From Myxococcota bacterium (GTDB lineage Bacteria; Myxococcota_A; SURF-8), in the NCBI GenBank assembly GCA_965140415.1, contig OZ223209.1, positions 2,784,001 through 2,848,000 of the forward strand: a DNA stretch of 64,000 bases, read 5' to 3'. Shown here piece after piece: positions 1 through 8,477 of this stretch. The notes beneath the pieces are model-generated. The model saw nothing but the letters and a program-made list of their open reading frames with translations, was not told where the DNA came from and ran no database searches. A program made the position numbers and the translations under genes. Every line of letters starts with the position of its first letter. Within the stretch, counting starts at the first letter, position 1.

Positions 1-2
1 TG

Positions 3-677
3 AGCGCCCTGTTCGGTGTCCGCCGCCTCCCCGAAGTGGAAAAGCTGTTCGCATATTTCTGCGTCAATAGCGGTGGCTTGATGGATCAGAAAAACCTGGC
101 CAAAGAGCTGGGCATCAACGTCCGTACCTTGTCGGACTACACGGATTACCTCTTGTCTTCCGGTCTGATCTACCTGTTACCCGGCATCAAGACCACGGGC
201 AAGTCTGCCTTGAAGAACCGGAGCAAAGTCTACATCGCGGATGCGTCGATCCGAAATGCGGTGCTGATGAAAGGTCGCAACTTGCTGACAGATGCTGCGG
301 AGCTCGGCCTTCTGGTCGAGACTGCCGTGCACAATCATATGGTATCCGCCACAACGAACAGCTTTACACAATTTGGCTACTGGCGTGACCGCAATGGTCG
401 GGAGGTGGATCTCGTGCAGATCCTGCCGGACGGTGAAACCCTCCCCATCGAAGTCAAATATAAGTCGGAAACGAAACCCGCCGACCTGAAGAACCTGAAA
501 GAGTACATGAAGGCATCCGGTGCAAAGCTGGGGGTGCTGGCCGTCCGGCGAGCAGAGGAGTTCGATGTCTTGACGGAAGGCGAGACAAGCATACTCAAAA
601 TCCCGGCCTATCTTCTGCTATACTTGCTGGGCCATGCGGAGTTTTTGCCGCCCGGTATGCAACATGAGGAGGACTGA
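3..677 (+). CDS. ATP-binding protein, AAA+ ATPase with C-terminal DUF4143 domain (5'-truncated by window edge)
   Basis: Frame is open from the window start. Motifs KVYIADASIRNA, GLLVETAV and YWRDRNGREVDLV...PIEVK are typical of DUF4143 ATPases. Confidence 0.8.
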   Translation, partial: SALFGVRRLPEVEKLFAYFCVNSGGLMDQKNLAKELGINVRTLSDYTDYLLSSGLIYLLPGIKTTGKSALKNRSKVYIADASIRNAVLMKGRNLLTDAAELGLLVETAVHNHMVSATTNSFTQFGYWRDRNGREVDLVQILPDGETLPIEVKYKSETKPADLKNLKEYMKASGAKLGVLAVRRAEEFDVLTEGETSILKIPAYLLLYLLGHAEFLPPGMQHEED

Positions 678-895
678 TCAGCTTGAGTTTTGAGGATGAA
701 ATTGAGACACAATCAAAGCACGTTTCCGTTGACGAATCTTGACAAAGGTGCACGAAAATGGGTGCCTCAGGCTGCTTTTTATGCTTTATTTGCTCGTCAT
801 GCTGTACAACCGTTGTAGGTGTATCTATTTGATATTACATATACTATCAGTGATTTTGATATGTTAGCACGATAGTGAGTAATACCGCCACGCCA

Positions 896-942
896 GAATG
901 GCATTCAAGAGGCCGGCGGTTCGATCCCGCCTAGCTCCACCA
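896..942 (+). mobile_element. 3' fragment of tRNA-Ala(GGC); probable att core at a genomic island boundary
   Basis: GAATGGCATTCAAGAGGCCGGCGGTTCGATCCCGCCTAGCTCCACCA has the anticodon loop, T-arm and CCA end. No D-arm or 5' acceptor strand lies upstream. Confidence 0.8.
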
Positions 943-1068
943 AATAATTAACCGGAATCATTAAGAAAATTAAGCTTAAGGTTTCGGTTTTTTTGTGTCA
1001 GAAAGTTGATCTGTGCCAAATTGAGCCAATCTCTTGCGCAAAATGCGCAACTTTGCCACATATTAAAG

Positions 1069-1094
1069 AGGCCGCATCAATCGGATGCGGCCTG
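1069..1094 (-). terminator. Intrinsic terminator-like hairpin downstream of the esterase gene
   Basis: AGGCCGCATC-n6-GATGCGGCCT inverted repeat with a short T-tract on the minus strand. Confidence 0.55.
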
Positions 1095-1122
1095 GGGCAA
1101 TCACTCCTTGTTTTTGATATCT

Positions 1123-2526
1123 TTACTCGGTGGCAAAGGCCTCGCAAGTGGGGAAAGCGGTCATGGCAAGCTTGTTTTTAAGAATGGAAGCGCATAAAAG
1201 CTGGCAGGTGGGGGAGTCGGTTTCTTCGTCGCAGCAGGTGTTGATTGCATCGATAAACGGTCCTGCCCCATCGATGCCTGGTGTGCACTCTGCCGTGTCG
1301 TATTCCGCTGCAATGCAGGCGAGAGGGGCATCGTCGGTTTGATCGACTGCCGCATCGCAGGAATCGACGCATCCCCCACATTCCAGCATCCCTTCGCCGC
1401 TATAACCGAACTCCAATAGCTGGGCTGCCAGAATATTGGCCAGAGCAGTATTTACAACTACGCAATCTCCCATGAATTGGCACAAGGTGTCACAGTGAGT
1501 GACTGTTCCTGCTTCACAAACCACGGCATCTTCGATTTCGATATCAAAGGGCTCCAAACTTGTTTCTGCGGTGATGCTTTCTGAAATCGCAGGCAATACG
1601 AAACCTTCAGGAAGCGAGTAACCTTTCGGTTTGGAAAGAAGTACTTGCGCAAGCCAGGGGTTTAGTTCGCTTAACCATTTGTGTCCCACTTCCTGGGAGG
1701 CAGAGACCATGAATACATTGGTTTCATCGTTGTAATAGTTGGTGGCAAGAGATGCCTGGATATAGAAATCCATTTTGGGTACGCTGACTTCTCCCGGCTG
1801 TGCTTCGCCTCCCCACTGATCCTCTTCTCCACCGAAGGTAACTATTACAATCATGTCGTCAAGTGGTTGTGGATCGGCAGGATCGGTTTTATCGATCATG
1901 CCGGAGGCGGGGATACCTCCTGCAAGGATGTCGGAGCGGCGCTTCAGAACATAATTGACGAAAATGCCTCCCGCAGAATGACCTCCGATATAGATCCGGT
2001 TTTTATCTACTGGGAAATGTGCGGCGATGCATTGCACCAGGCTGTCGAATAAATCCATATCCGCGTTCGGCAGGTCCAGTTCATCATCGTTTCGGGCGCC
2101 ATCCCAAACCGGCCAGATCGTCCCGTTGCCATTGCTACTTGGGGCGACGACGATAAACCCGGTATCGGCGAAATCCTGTAACTTTGCGGCGTTCAACGTG
2201 AAATCTTTACCATCGCCACCGGTTCCGTTGAAAGCGATTAACATTGGACGGGGACCGGAAAGGTCCGACGGCAAGGTCAGGTAGAATTCTCGATCTTGCT
2301 CGGAAACGGTATAGCTCTGGTTAAGTCCTGCTACAGGTGCGCTAGTTGCAAAATCGCCAGGACAGGCTGTGGCAGCATTCGCCACAAGCGCTGTGGCCGG
2401 AACGGCTTCGTATTGCGCTTCAAAGCCGACTTCGTAGGGATTTGTGGTGTCATCGTCGCTACAGGCAGTAACGAAAAACAGTAGCATGGAAGAAGACAGA
2501 AAAACGAACCAAGAGGCTCTGGACAT
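1123..2526 (-). CDS. Lipoprotein alpha/beta-hydrolase (PHB-depolymerase/feruloyl-esterase-like) with Cys-rich C-terminal domain
   Basis: Lipobox (VTAC), GGHSAGG nucleophile elbow after VDKNRIYIG, and many Cys in the C-terminal region. AAGGAG RBS precedes ATG 2526. Confidence 0.75.
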   Translation of the reverse strand: MSRASWFVFLSSSMLLFFVTACSDDDTTNPYEVGFEAQYEAVPATALVANAATACPGDFATSAPVAGLNQSYTVSEQDREFYLTLPSDLSGPRPMLIAFNGTGGDGKDFTLNAAKLQDFADTGFIVVAPSSNGNGTIWPVWDGARNDDELDLPNADMDLFDSLVQCIAAHFPVDKNRIYIGGHSAGGIFVNYVLKRRSDILAGGIPASGMIDKTDPADPQPLDDMIVIVTFGGEEDQWGGEAQPGEVSVPKMDFYIQASLATNYYNDETNVFMVSASQEVGHKWLSELNPWLAQVLLSKPKGYSLPEGFVLPAISESITAETSLEPFDIEIEDAVVCEAGTVTHCDTLCQFMGDCVVVNTALANILAAQLLEFGYSGEGMLECGGCVDSCDAAVDQTDDAPLACIAAEYDTAECTPGIDGAGPFIDAINTCCDEETDSPTCQLLCASILKNKLAMTAFPTCEAFATE

Positions 2527-2738
2527 GCCGGACTCCTTTGTTGTTTTGTACTGCGGGTTGATTTCGGTGAATCGTAATTCTGGAGGAGACAAATGTCAAA
2601 TAAAAAGGAGGCGCTCTTAAGAGAGAAGTCCTTTATAGCTGCTGTTTACAGACATGTATGGGCATACGCGATTGTAATTATCGAGAGTGAGGATAGTTAG
2701 TGTAGTTTTGGTTGTCGTAAAAGGAAAAGGCAATGAAA

Positions 2739-4553
2739 TCAATGGGATGCATTTGCGGATTTTAGCGTCATGTCGCTTTTCAGCACCCGATAATAACTGG
2801 CGACGATATCCCCTCGACTTAGAATGGCAAGGATTTTGTGGTGTTCGATGGGATCGACCACGATGACTTCATCGAAACCGCGTGCAGCCATCATCTGGAT
2901 GGCGTCCAGCAAGGTGTGCTCTGGGCTCACCGTTGCCGGTTCAACCGTTAGATCCGAGGCGACCAGGATAGGGCATAAATCAGGCCGGGACGTGATGGAG
3001 CGCAAGTGGCGGCCATCAACCTGGCCTATCAATTGTTCTTGTTCGTTAACGACAGGAAGGCTGGTTTTCTCCGAACGAGAAAACAATTCGATCATTTTCA
3101 TGGCCGGGTAGTTTTCTCGCACGGTGTGGACCGTTTCCGAAGCGTTCTGCTGAATGGCGTCCGCCACTTTCAGCTTTCTCAAAATGGCGTCCATCATTTC
3201 CCCCATGTGCGCGGGGGCGTGCAAGCGATTCAACGCTTGTTTTTCATAGATTCCGAAGCTCTTCGAAATCGCGTATGCCAGGAAACATACCCACATGGAA
3301 GGCACGAGCAAATGGTAGTTTCCAGTCATTTCACTGACCATGATGATTGTTGAAATCGGTGTGTTTGCTGCGGCTGCAAAGAATCCCGCCATTCCCACCA
3401 GAACGAAAGCTCCGGTTTGTATGCCGATGCCTGGCCATATTAGCTCGATCATGACTCCCACAGCACCACCCATGGCGCCACCAATGACAACCGCAGGACC
3501 GAAAACGCCTCCAGAGCCACCAGAACCGACAGAGAAGGATGTAGTAACGATTTTACCTAGCGCAATTGCCAGAAAAAGCCCGATTGTAACTTGGCCGGTA
3601 AACCCATTCTGCAAAATGCCGTAGCCGGCGCCCAGAGTTCCCGGTAAGAAAAATCCAATGATTCCAACAACAGCACCGCCTATTGCCGGTTTGTAAACGT
3701 TGGGAACGTTCAATTTGGCAAATAAATCCCGAACGCCGTAAAAGCTTTTTGTGTAGAGCCAAGCGCCACCGGAAACCGCAACGGCCAGCAATCCATAAGG
3801 CAGAAGTTGCATTGGATTCTCAAAGCGGAAATCCGGAGTGATAAACAGTGGATCCCAGCCGAATTGCATGGCGAAAACGCCGTAGGCGATGATCGAAGAG
3901 ATCACCGTAGGCATAATTACTTCATATTCAAGATCCAATTCACGGTACAGAACTTCTGCTGCGAAAAGTGAGCCTGCCAAGGGAGCATGGAAAATCGCTC
4001 CGATTCCGGCTCCCATGCCGGCGGCCAATAGCACTCGACGCTCTGTAGGATTAAGACCAAGCCACGTGGCCAGCATCGAGCCAAAACCCGAGCCGATCTG
4101 GGCGATTGGACCTTCACGTCCAGCCGAGCCGCCCGAGCCGATCGTCAAGGCCGAGGCAATAATTTTAACGATTGGAACCCGTGCACGGACAATGCCTGAT
4201 TTGTTCAAGTAAGAATCGATGGCTGCATCGGTTCCATGTCCTTCCGCTTCAGGGGCGACACGGAAAACGAGAATACCACTGAGCAAGCCGCCGATTGCAG
4301 GTAAAAACAACAACATCCAGCGTTTGAATTCATTGTCGGGTTCGGGAAATAGCGAAGGCTCTCCACCTGGGCCCATGGGATGATACCCGGCGATCAGGTC
4401 AAAGAAGAGGAATTTTGAAGCGGATAAGATCGTATAAAAGGCGATTGCTCCCAAACCGGCGACAATGCCTACCAGTACGCAAAGAAACAACAAGCGCCAA
4501 ATGCCACTTTTCATGAATGAGGGAACAAATTTTGAAATTTCTGTTTGTTTCAT
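2739..4553 (-). CDS. ClC-family chloride channel/antiporter with C-terminal CBS domains
   Basis: GHG, GREGP and GVFGP signature motifs, multiple TM segments and a CBS-pair-like tail. Confidence 0.92.
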   Translation of the reverse strand: MKQTEISKFVPSFMKSGIWRLLFLCVLVGIVAGLGAIAFYTILSASKFLFFDLIAGYHPMGPGGEPSLFPEPDNEFKRWMLLFLPAIGGLLSGILVFRVAPEAEGHGTDAAIDSYLNKSGIVRARVPIVKIIASALTIGSGGSAGREGPIAQIGSGFGSMLATWLGLNPTERRVLLAAGMGAGIGAIFHAPLAGSLFAAEVLYRELDLEYEVIMPTVISSIIAYGVFAMQFGWDPLFITPDFRFENPMQLLPYGLLAVAVSGGAWLYTKSFYGVRDLFAKLNVPNVYKPAIGGAVVGIIGFFLPGTLGAGYGILQNGFTGQVTIGLFLAIALGKIVTTSFSVGSGGSGGVFGPAVVIGGAMGGAVGVMIELIWPGIGIQTGAFVLVGMAGFFAAAANTPISTIIMVSEMTGNYHLLVPSMWVCFLAYAISKSFGIYEKQALNRLHAPAHMGEMMDAILRKLKVADAIQQNASETVHTVRENYPAMKMIELFSRSEKTSLPVVNEQEQLIGQVDGRHLRSITSRPDLCPILVASDLTVEPATVSPEHTLLDAIQMMAARGFDEVIVVDPIEHHKILAILSRGDIVASYYRVLKSDMTLKSANASH

Positions 4554-4910
4554 GCTTTTAGCAAACTGTCATGAAATTAAATATCTCGCACTTCCGATTG
4601 AAAATAGGAACCAGGAAGTAACGGAAACAGTGGTTAACATATCGACACGTGGAAGTAAAGAACCGATTCGCAATATGAGTGCTTGTTTTTCATTTTTAAC
4701 GGAAATGTTCCCGAATTCGTAATTGTCCTGGTGAAAGTAGGCGTGGCTTTTGGCAGTCTTAAATGGAGTGTGGGGCCGATGAATTTAATAACAAAGTTTT
4801 ATTTAATTTGGTATGTTTACTTTAATTTGAGAGATTCATCATCGTTCTGGTTGATTGAATTTCACGAATCAAGTTAAAGAGTAAAACACGATAATCATAG
4901 AGAGGTTTTC

Positions 4911-5186
4911 ATGAATCAATGCGCTTTTTGTGGAGCCGAAGTGGAAATCCTGGATCGTGTATTGCGTAAACAAACCTGTCCTCAGTGTGGTGAGGATCTA
5001 CATTGTTGCTTGCAGTGCCGATTCTATGAAGAAGGTCGTCAGAATGATTGCCGGGAACCGCGAGCCGAACGAGTCCTTGACAAGGACCGGGCGAACTACT
5101 GCGATTATTTCGAGTTTCATGGTGTGTACGAAGCCATCGATTCTGTTGACGATGCGAAAAAGAAACTGAATGATTTATTTAAGTAG
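4911..5186 (+). CDS. Small Cys-rich zinc-ribbon hypothetical protein
   Basis: CAFC...CPQC...CLQC...C...NYCDYF pattern, with GAGG RBS. Confidence 0.8.
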   Translation: MNQCAFCGAEVEILDRVLRKQTCPQCGEDLHCCLQCRFYEEGRQNDCREPRAERVLDKDRANYCDYFEFHGVYEAIDSVDDAKKKLNDLFK

Positions 5187-5208
5187 TCCCTGAAAGTCCG
5201 ATCTGAAT

Positions 5209-5850
5209 TTATACGTTGCGGTCGAGCCAATGCACGATCAGAGTCAGCAAGATACATCCGAACAGCAATTGAATGGGACCGAGTAACCATAACACCAGAG
5301 GGATCGTCAAGTAGTAACCGCGCATACCCAACGTATTGTGTGTCGCACCACGATTCAAGGCTTTGGCGACTTCCAAGGAACTGGCTAACGGTTCTTCTTC
5401 GTCGCGCAGCGTAATCATGAAGCTGGCGTGGTTAAAGTAGCGAATGGCCAGTGCGAAATTGAAAAAGGCGATAAACAAATCAATTGCCAGAACCAGCCAC
5501 TTGATCTCCCATACATTTCCCTGTGAAAACGAGAATAAATCCAGAAGTTGCATGGATTGCGAGATGCTCTTTCCTCCGAATGCGGCATGCAGCATGGCAA
5601 GGCTCAGAAAAACGGCGGTGGAGGCCAGAAAACTGGCTGCCATGATCCAGTTGCGCATGGTTTGAATCGCTAACACGTCCGGGTGATCGGCGCGGATCAT
5701 TTTGACCCATTTATAGCGGAGATGATTGGTTACTCCGGTGGAGGTGGTTAAAGGGGCTCGCTTGAATTTGTAGATCAGGTGTAGATGGTAAAAGAACAAA
5801 ATAGAAAAAGATAATGCGGTAATTATTCCTTCTAGTGCTCCGGCGGACAT
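5209..5850 (-). CDS. DUF599 family membrane protein
   Basis: LAIQTMRNWIMAASFLAST and GMRGYY...LWLLGP motifs. Confidence 0.85.
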   Translation of the reverse strand: MSAGALEGIITALSFSILFFYHLHLIYKFKRAPLTTSTGVTNHLRYKWVKMIRADHPDVLAIQTMRNWIMAASFLASTAVFLSLAMLHAAFGGKSISQSMQLLDLFSFSQGNVWEIKWLVLAIDLFIAFFNFALAIRYFNHASFMITLRDEEEPLASSLEVAKALNRGATHNTLGMRGYYLTIPLVLWLLGPIQLLFGCILLTLIVHWLDRNV

Positions 5851-5998
5851 GTCAAGCCTCACATCTATCAATTGGGGAAGAAGCAAATCCCATTAAATCG
5901 CACCTTCCTTGATTGTGCCAGCCGATATAAATATTCCATAAATATCAGATGGTTATTTAAGGGATCCCCGCTGCTTGATGTGTGAGTGGCAGTGCGTT

Positions 5999-6688
5999 TT
6001 ATTTCAACACTTTGTTAAGTTCCAAACTGTAGAGATATTCAACGCCGTCCTTGGTGCGCCGGGGACCGATTTCAAAACGGCCTAAAACCGTCATGTTCAA
6101 TACGCTGCGATACAGTCGTTCTCGGTCCACTCGCAGTGGATCTCCTTTAACTGTCACATAAACCAGATCCGCCATCGTCGGAGGATTACAGAATACGCAG
6201 CCGGCCATCACGACAGCGGGATTTGCGATCCAGAAACGAGACAATTCTCCATCTTTCCCAGGTGTATCGATGGGCATCACCGCTCCTGAAATCGAGACGG
6301 CTCCTCCATGGACACGCGGGAGACCTTTTTCAAAGAATTTTTTATTGATTTTATAGAACATGTAGTTCTGTTTCAGATTGCGAAAGGTAAGGGGGAACGG
6401 CTTTTGCCAGTTCGGCGTAACCTTTTCCAAGGAAACCGCAGGCATGTTTTCGAAATGACCTTTGGCTCGCAACGTTGCATTCGTGCCGTGTTGTTGGACT
6501 CGTTTCTGCATCATTTCCGGGGGCGGCTCGACCGGAGCTTCATTTTGTGTAACTAAAATAGTAACGAGGTGGGAACATGTCGATGTCATTGTCTGGCAAA
6601 ACGCATTGTTGTTAAAAGCAACTGCCAGTAAGCCCACCATTGCAATCATGCCTATTTGCACTGTTTTCGACCGTTTAAAAATCACCAC
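5999..6688 (-). CDS. Secreted DUF3299-like protein
   Basis: N-terminal signal-like segment, VSISGAVMPID and GCVFCNPP motifs. Start codon uncertain. Confidence 0.55.
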   Translation of the reverse strand: MVIFKRSKTVQIGMIAMVGLLAVAFNNNAFCQTMTSTCSHLVTILVTQNEAPVEPPPEMMQKRVQQHGTNATLRAKGHFENMPAVSLEKVTPNWQKPFPLTFRNLKQNYMFYKINKKFFEKGLPRVHGGAVSISGAVMPIDTPGKDGELSRFWIANPAVVMAGCVFCNPPTMADLVYVTVKGDPLRVDRERLYRSVLNMTVLGRFEIGPRRTKDGVEYLYSLELNKVLK

Positions 6689-6881
6689 TGCACCTCAATT
6701 GCCACATGAGATTAACCGAGAACGTAAAACAACCTTTCCCATCCTAGTCACAATCCCTTACAGGTCAATCGGAAAAATCGAAAAATTGGTAACGTAAACA
6801 AACTTCGTCATGGCAAATAGTAATCGTTGACGCTAGATGAGAAAGAGAGCTAAAGTAAAATGCAAAGGAGGTAGATGGCAT

Positions 6882-8357
6882 ATGGATGCGCCATTGACTT
6901 TGTCGCCAAAACTCTCTTATCAACTTTACGATTCCTGTTGCGTTGCTTTACTGCATGGAACGGGGCTTGTTTTGCGTTTGAATCGAGCCGCTGGGGAATG
7001 GTTCCGAGCGTTGGATCGAGGCGAAAAGACTGCCGCTCAACTCGATTCGAAATTCTCTAACTCATTGCAGAAACTTGGGATTCTTGTCAGTTCGAAGGAA
7101 AGTAAACAGGCGCATTCAGAAGCAGCAACAAAAATGCCTTCTGCTGGCCAGGCACAGGTGCTGGAACAGTTGACGATCGATGCTTGCAAGCTGCGTATTC
7201 CCATTCATGCTCAGCTCGAATTGACGTATCGTTGCCCATTGAAATGCGGGCATTGTTATTTGCGATCGGAGAAGCCGGACAAAGGGAGTGAGTTATCGAC
7301 GCGGCAAATATTTGACTTTCTGGATCAATGGGCGGAGCTTGGCGGTCTGTTTCTACTTTTAACAGGCGGGGAGGTGTTTTTACGTAACGATTTTAAGGAG
7401 ATTTTTACTCATGCACGTCGTCGCCGATTGGCCGTATCGTTATTGACAACGGGTTATGGACAATCGGAGAGCGACTGGTTGCAATTGATTGAACAGGGCC
7501 TGGATCAGGTGCAAATCTCGTTGTATGGCCCGGATGCAGGGACTCACGATGCATTTACGGGTGTTGCGGGATCGTTTGACTATGCCTGGAATGCCTTGGT
7601 GTTACTTAAGCGCTATGGCGTGCAGGTTCGGGCCGCGATTAGTGTGAACCAGAGTAATTTTGCGCTTGTGCAAGCTTTGACAAATCGTTTGGAAGACGAG
7701 GGGATACGCTTTAATTTCAACACGGATATGCTGCCCTTGCGCGATGGTCAACGCGTTTCTGCTGTCGTGCCTTTAGAAAACGATCAATTTGAGACGTTAG
7801 TTCGAATGTATCCCGACCATTGGACGCATGGACATATGACGGGTAAAGCGATGGGGGATCCTCCTTGCAATGCCGCCAGAGCGATGCTGGCGCTAGATCC
7901 ATACGGCAGACTTTCTCCTTGCCTGATGTGGCGTGAGTTTGCAGGTTCGATTGTGGATAATGAGAATTGTGAATTACCTGATAATATTGCTGTTGATAAC
8001 ATGGATAGTGTTGTTGATAACTTGTCTAATATACCGAAAATAAATGATAATACTGAAATTGATATTGTGAATAACTCTGTGGATAACTTTGTGGATAAGT
8101 CTGTTGAAAAGCTTGTTGATAACCCTGTGAATAACTCCTTGGCTCAGCTTTGGAATACGTCGGAAGTGTTTCTTTCCGCTGCGAATTTGTCGATGAAAGA
8201 TTTAGATGATTGTGCATCTTGTGAGCAGCGAGAAGTCTGCCGCAGATGTACTGGTCTGAATATGCAACGCGGTTTCTCAAAGAAAGAGCATTCTTTGGTT
8301 GACTGTTGGCAAACCAATGTGATATACAATATTCAGACTATGAAAGAGGAGAAGTAG
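6882..8357 (+). CDS. Radical SAM/SPASM peptide-modifying enzyme with probable N-terminal PqqD-like RiPP recognition element
   Basis: CPLKCGHC (CxxxCxxC), TGGE, and SPASM cysteines CNAAR...PC...CASC..VCRRC...C. AGGAGG RBS precedes ATG 6882. Confidence 0.9.
   Translation: MDAPLTLSPKLSYQLYDSCCVALLHGTGLVLRLNRAAGEWFRALDRGEKTAAQLDSKFSNSLQKLGILVSSKESKQAHSEAATKMPSAGQAQVLEQLTIDACKLRIPIHAQLELTYRCPLKCGHCYLRSEKPDKGSELSTRQIFDFLDQWAELGGLFLLLTGGEVFLRNDFKEIFTHARRRRLAVSLLTTGYGQSESDWLQLIEQGLDQVQISLYGPDAGTHDAFTGVAGSFDYAWNALVLLKRYGVQVRAAISVNQSNFALVQALTNRLEDEGIRFNFNTDMLPLRDGQRVSAVVPLENDQFETLVRMYPDHWTHGHMTGKAMGDPPCNAARAMLALDPYGRLSPCLMWREFAGSIVDNENCELPDNIAVDNMDSVVDNLSNIPKINDNTEIDIVNNSVDNFVDKSVEKLVDNPVNNSLAQLWNTSEVFLSAANLSMKDLDDCASCEQREVCRRCTGLNMQRGFSKKEHSLVDCWQTNVIYNIQTMKEEK
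7952..8134. repeat. Cluster of DnaA-box-like 9-mers inside the radical SAM CDS
   Basis: TGTGGATAA at 7952, 8078, 8090; TGTGAATAA at 8066, 8126; TGTTGATAA at 7991, 8012, 8114; TGTTGAAAA at 8102. Confidence 0.75.
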
Positions 8358-8360
8358 GTT

Positions 8361-8453
8361 ATGGAAAACCCGACTATCGAAATCGTTGAAGATCTGGAAG
8401 TAACCGACACTGCGGACGATTGTCAATACTGCGCTGGTCGTTCGATCTGCTGA
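8361..8453 (+). CDS. Putative RiPP precursor peptide MENPTIEIVEDLEVTDTADDCQYCAGRSIC (30 aa)
   Basis: ATG lies 3 nt after the rSAM stop, with GAGGAG/AGG upstream. Acidic leader-like N-terminus and a 3-Cys C-terminal core. Confidence 0.75.
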   Translation: MENPTIEIVEDLEVTDTADDCQYCAGRSIC

Positions 8454-8477
8454 TCAGCTTCCAATAATTCCGCTACA

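Noticed and set aside
870-942. Complete tRNA-Ala gene
   Set aside because: No 5' acceptor strand or D-arm, and the anticodon stem 5' strand is broken (CCAGA rather than CTTGA). Treated as an att fragment.
6875-7060. 61-aa ORF as an upstream RiPP precursor
   Set aside because: It overlaps the rSAM gene out of frame and its RBS spacing is too short. The 8361 peptide is the better candidate.
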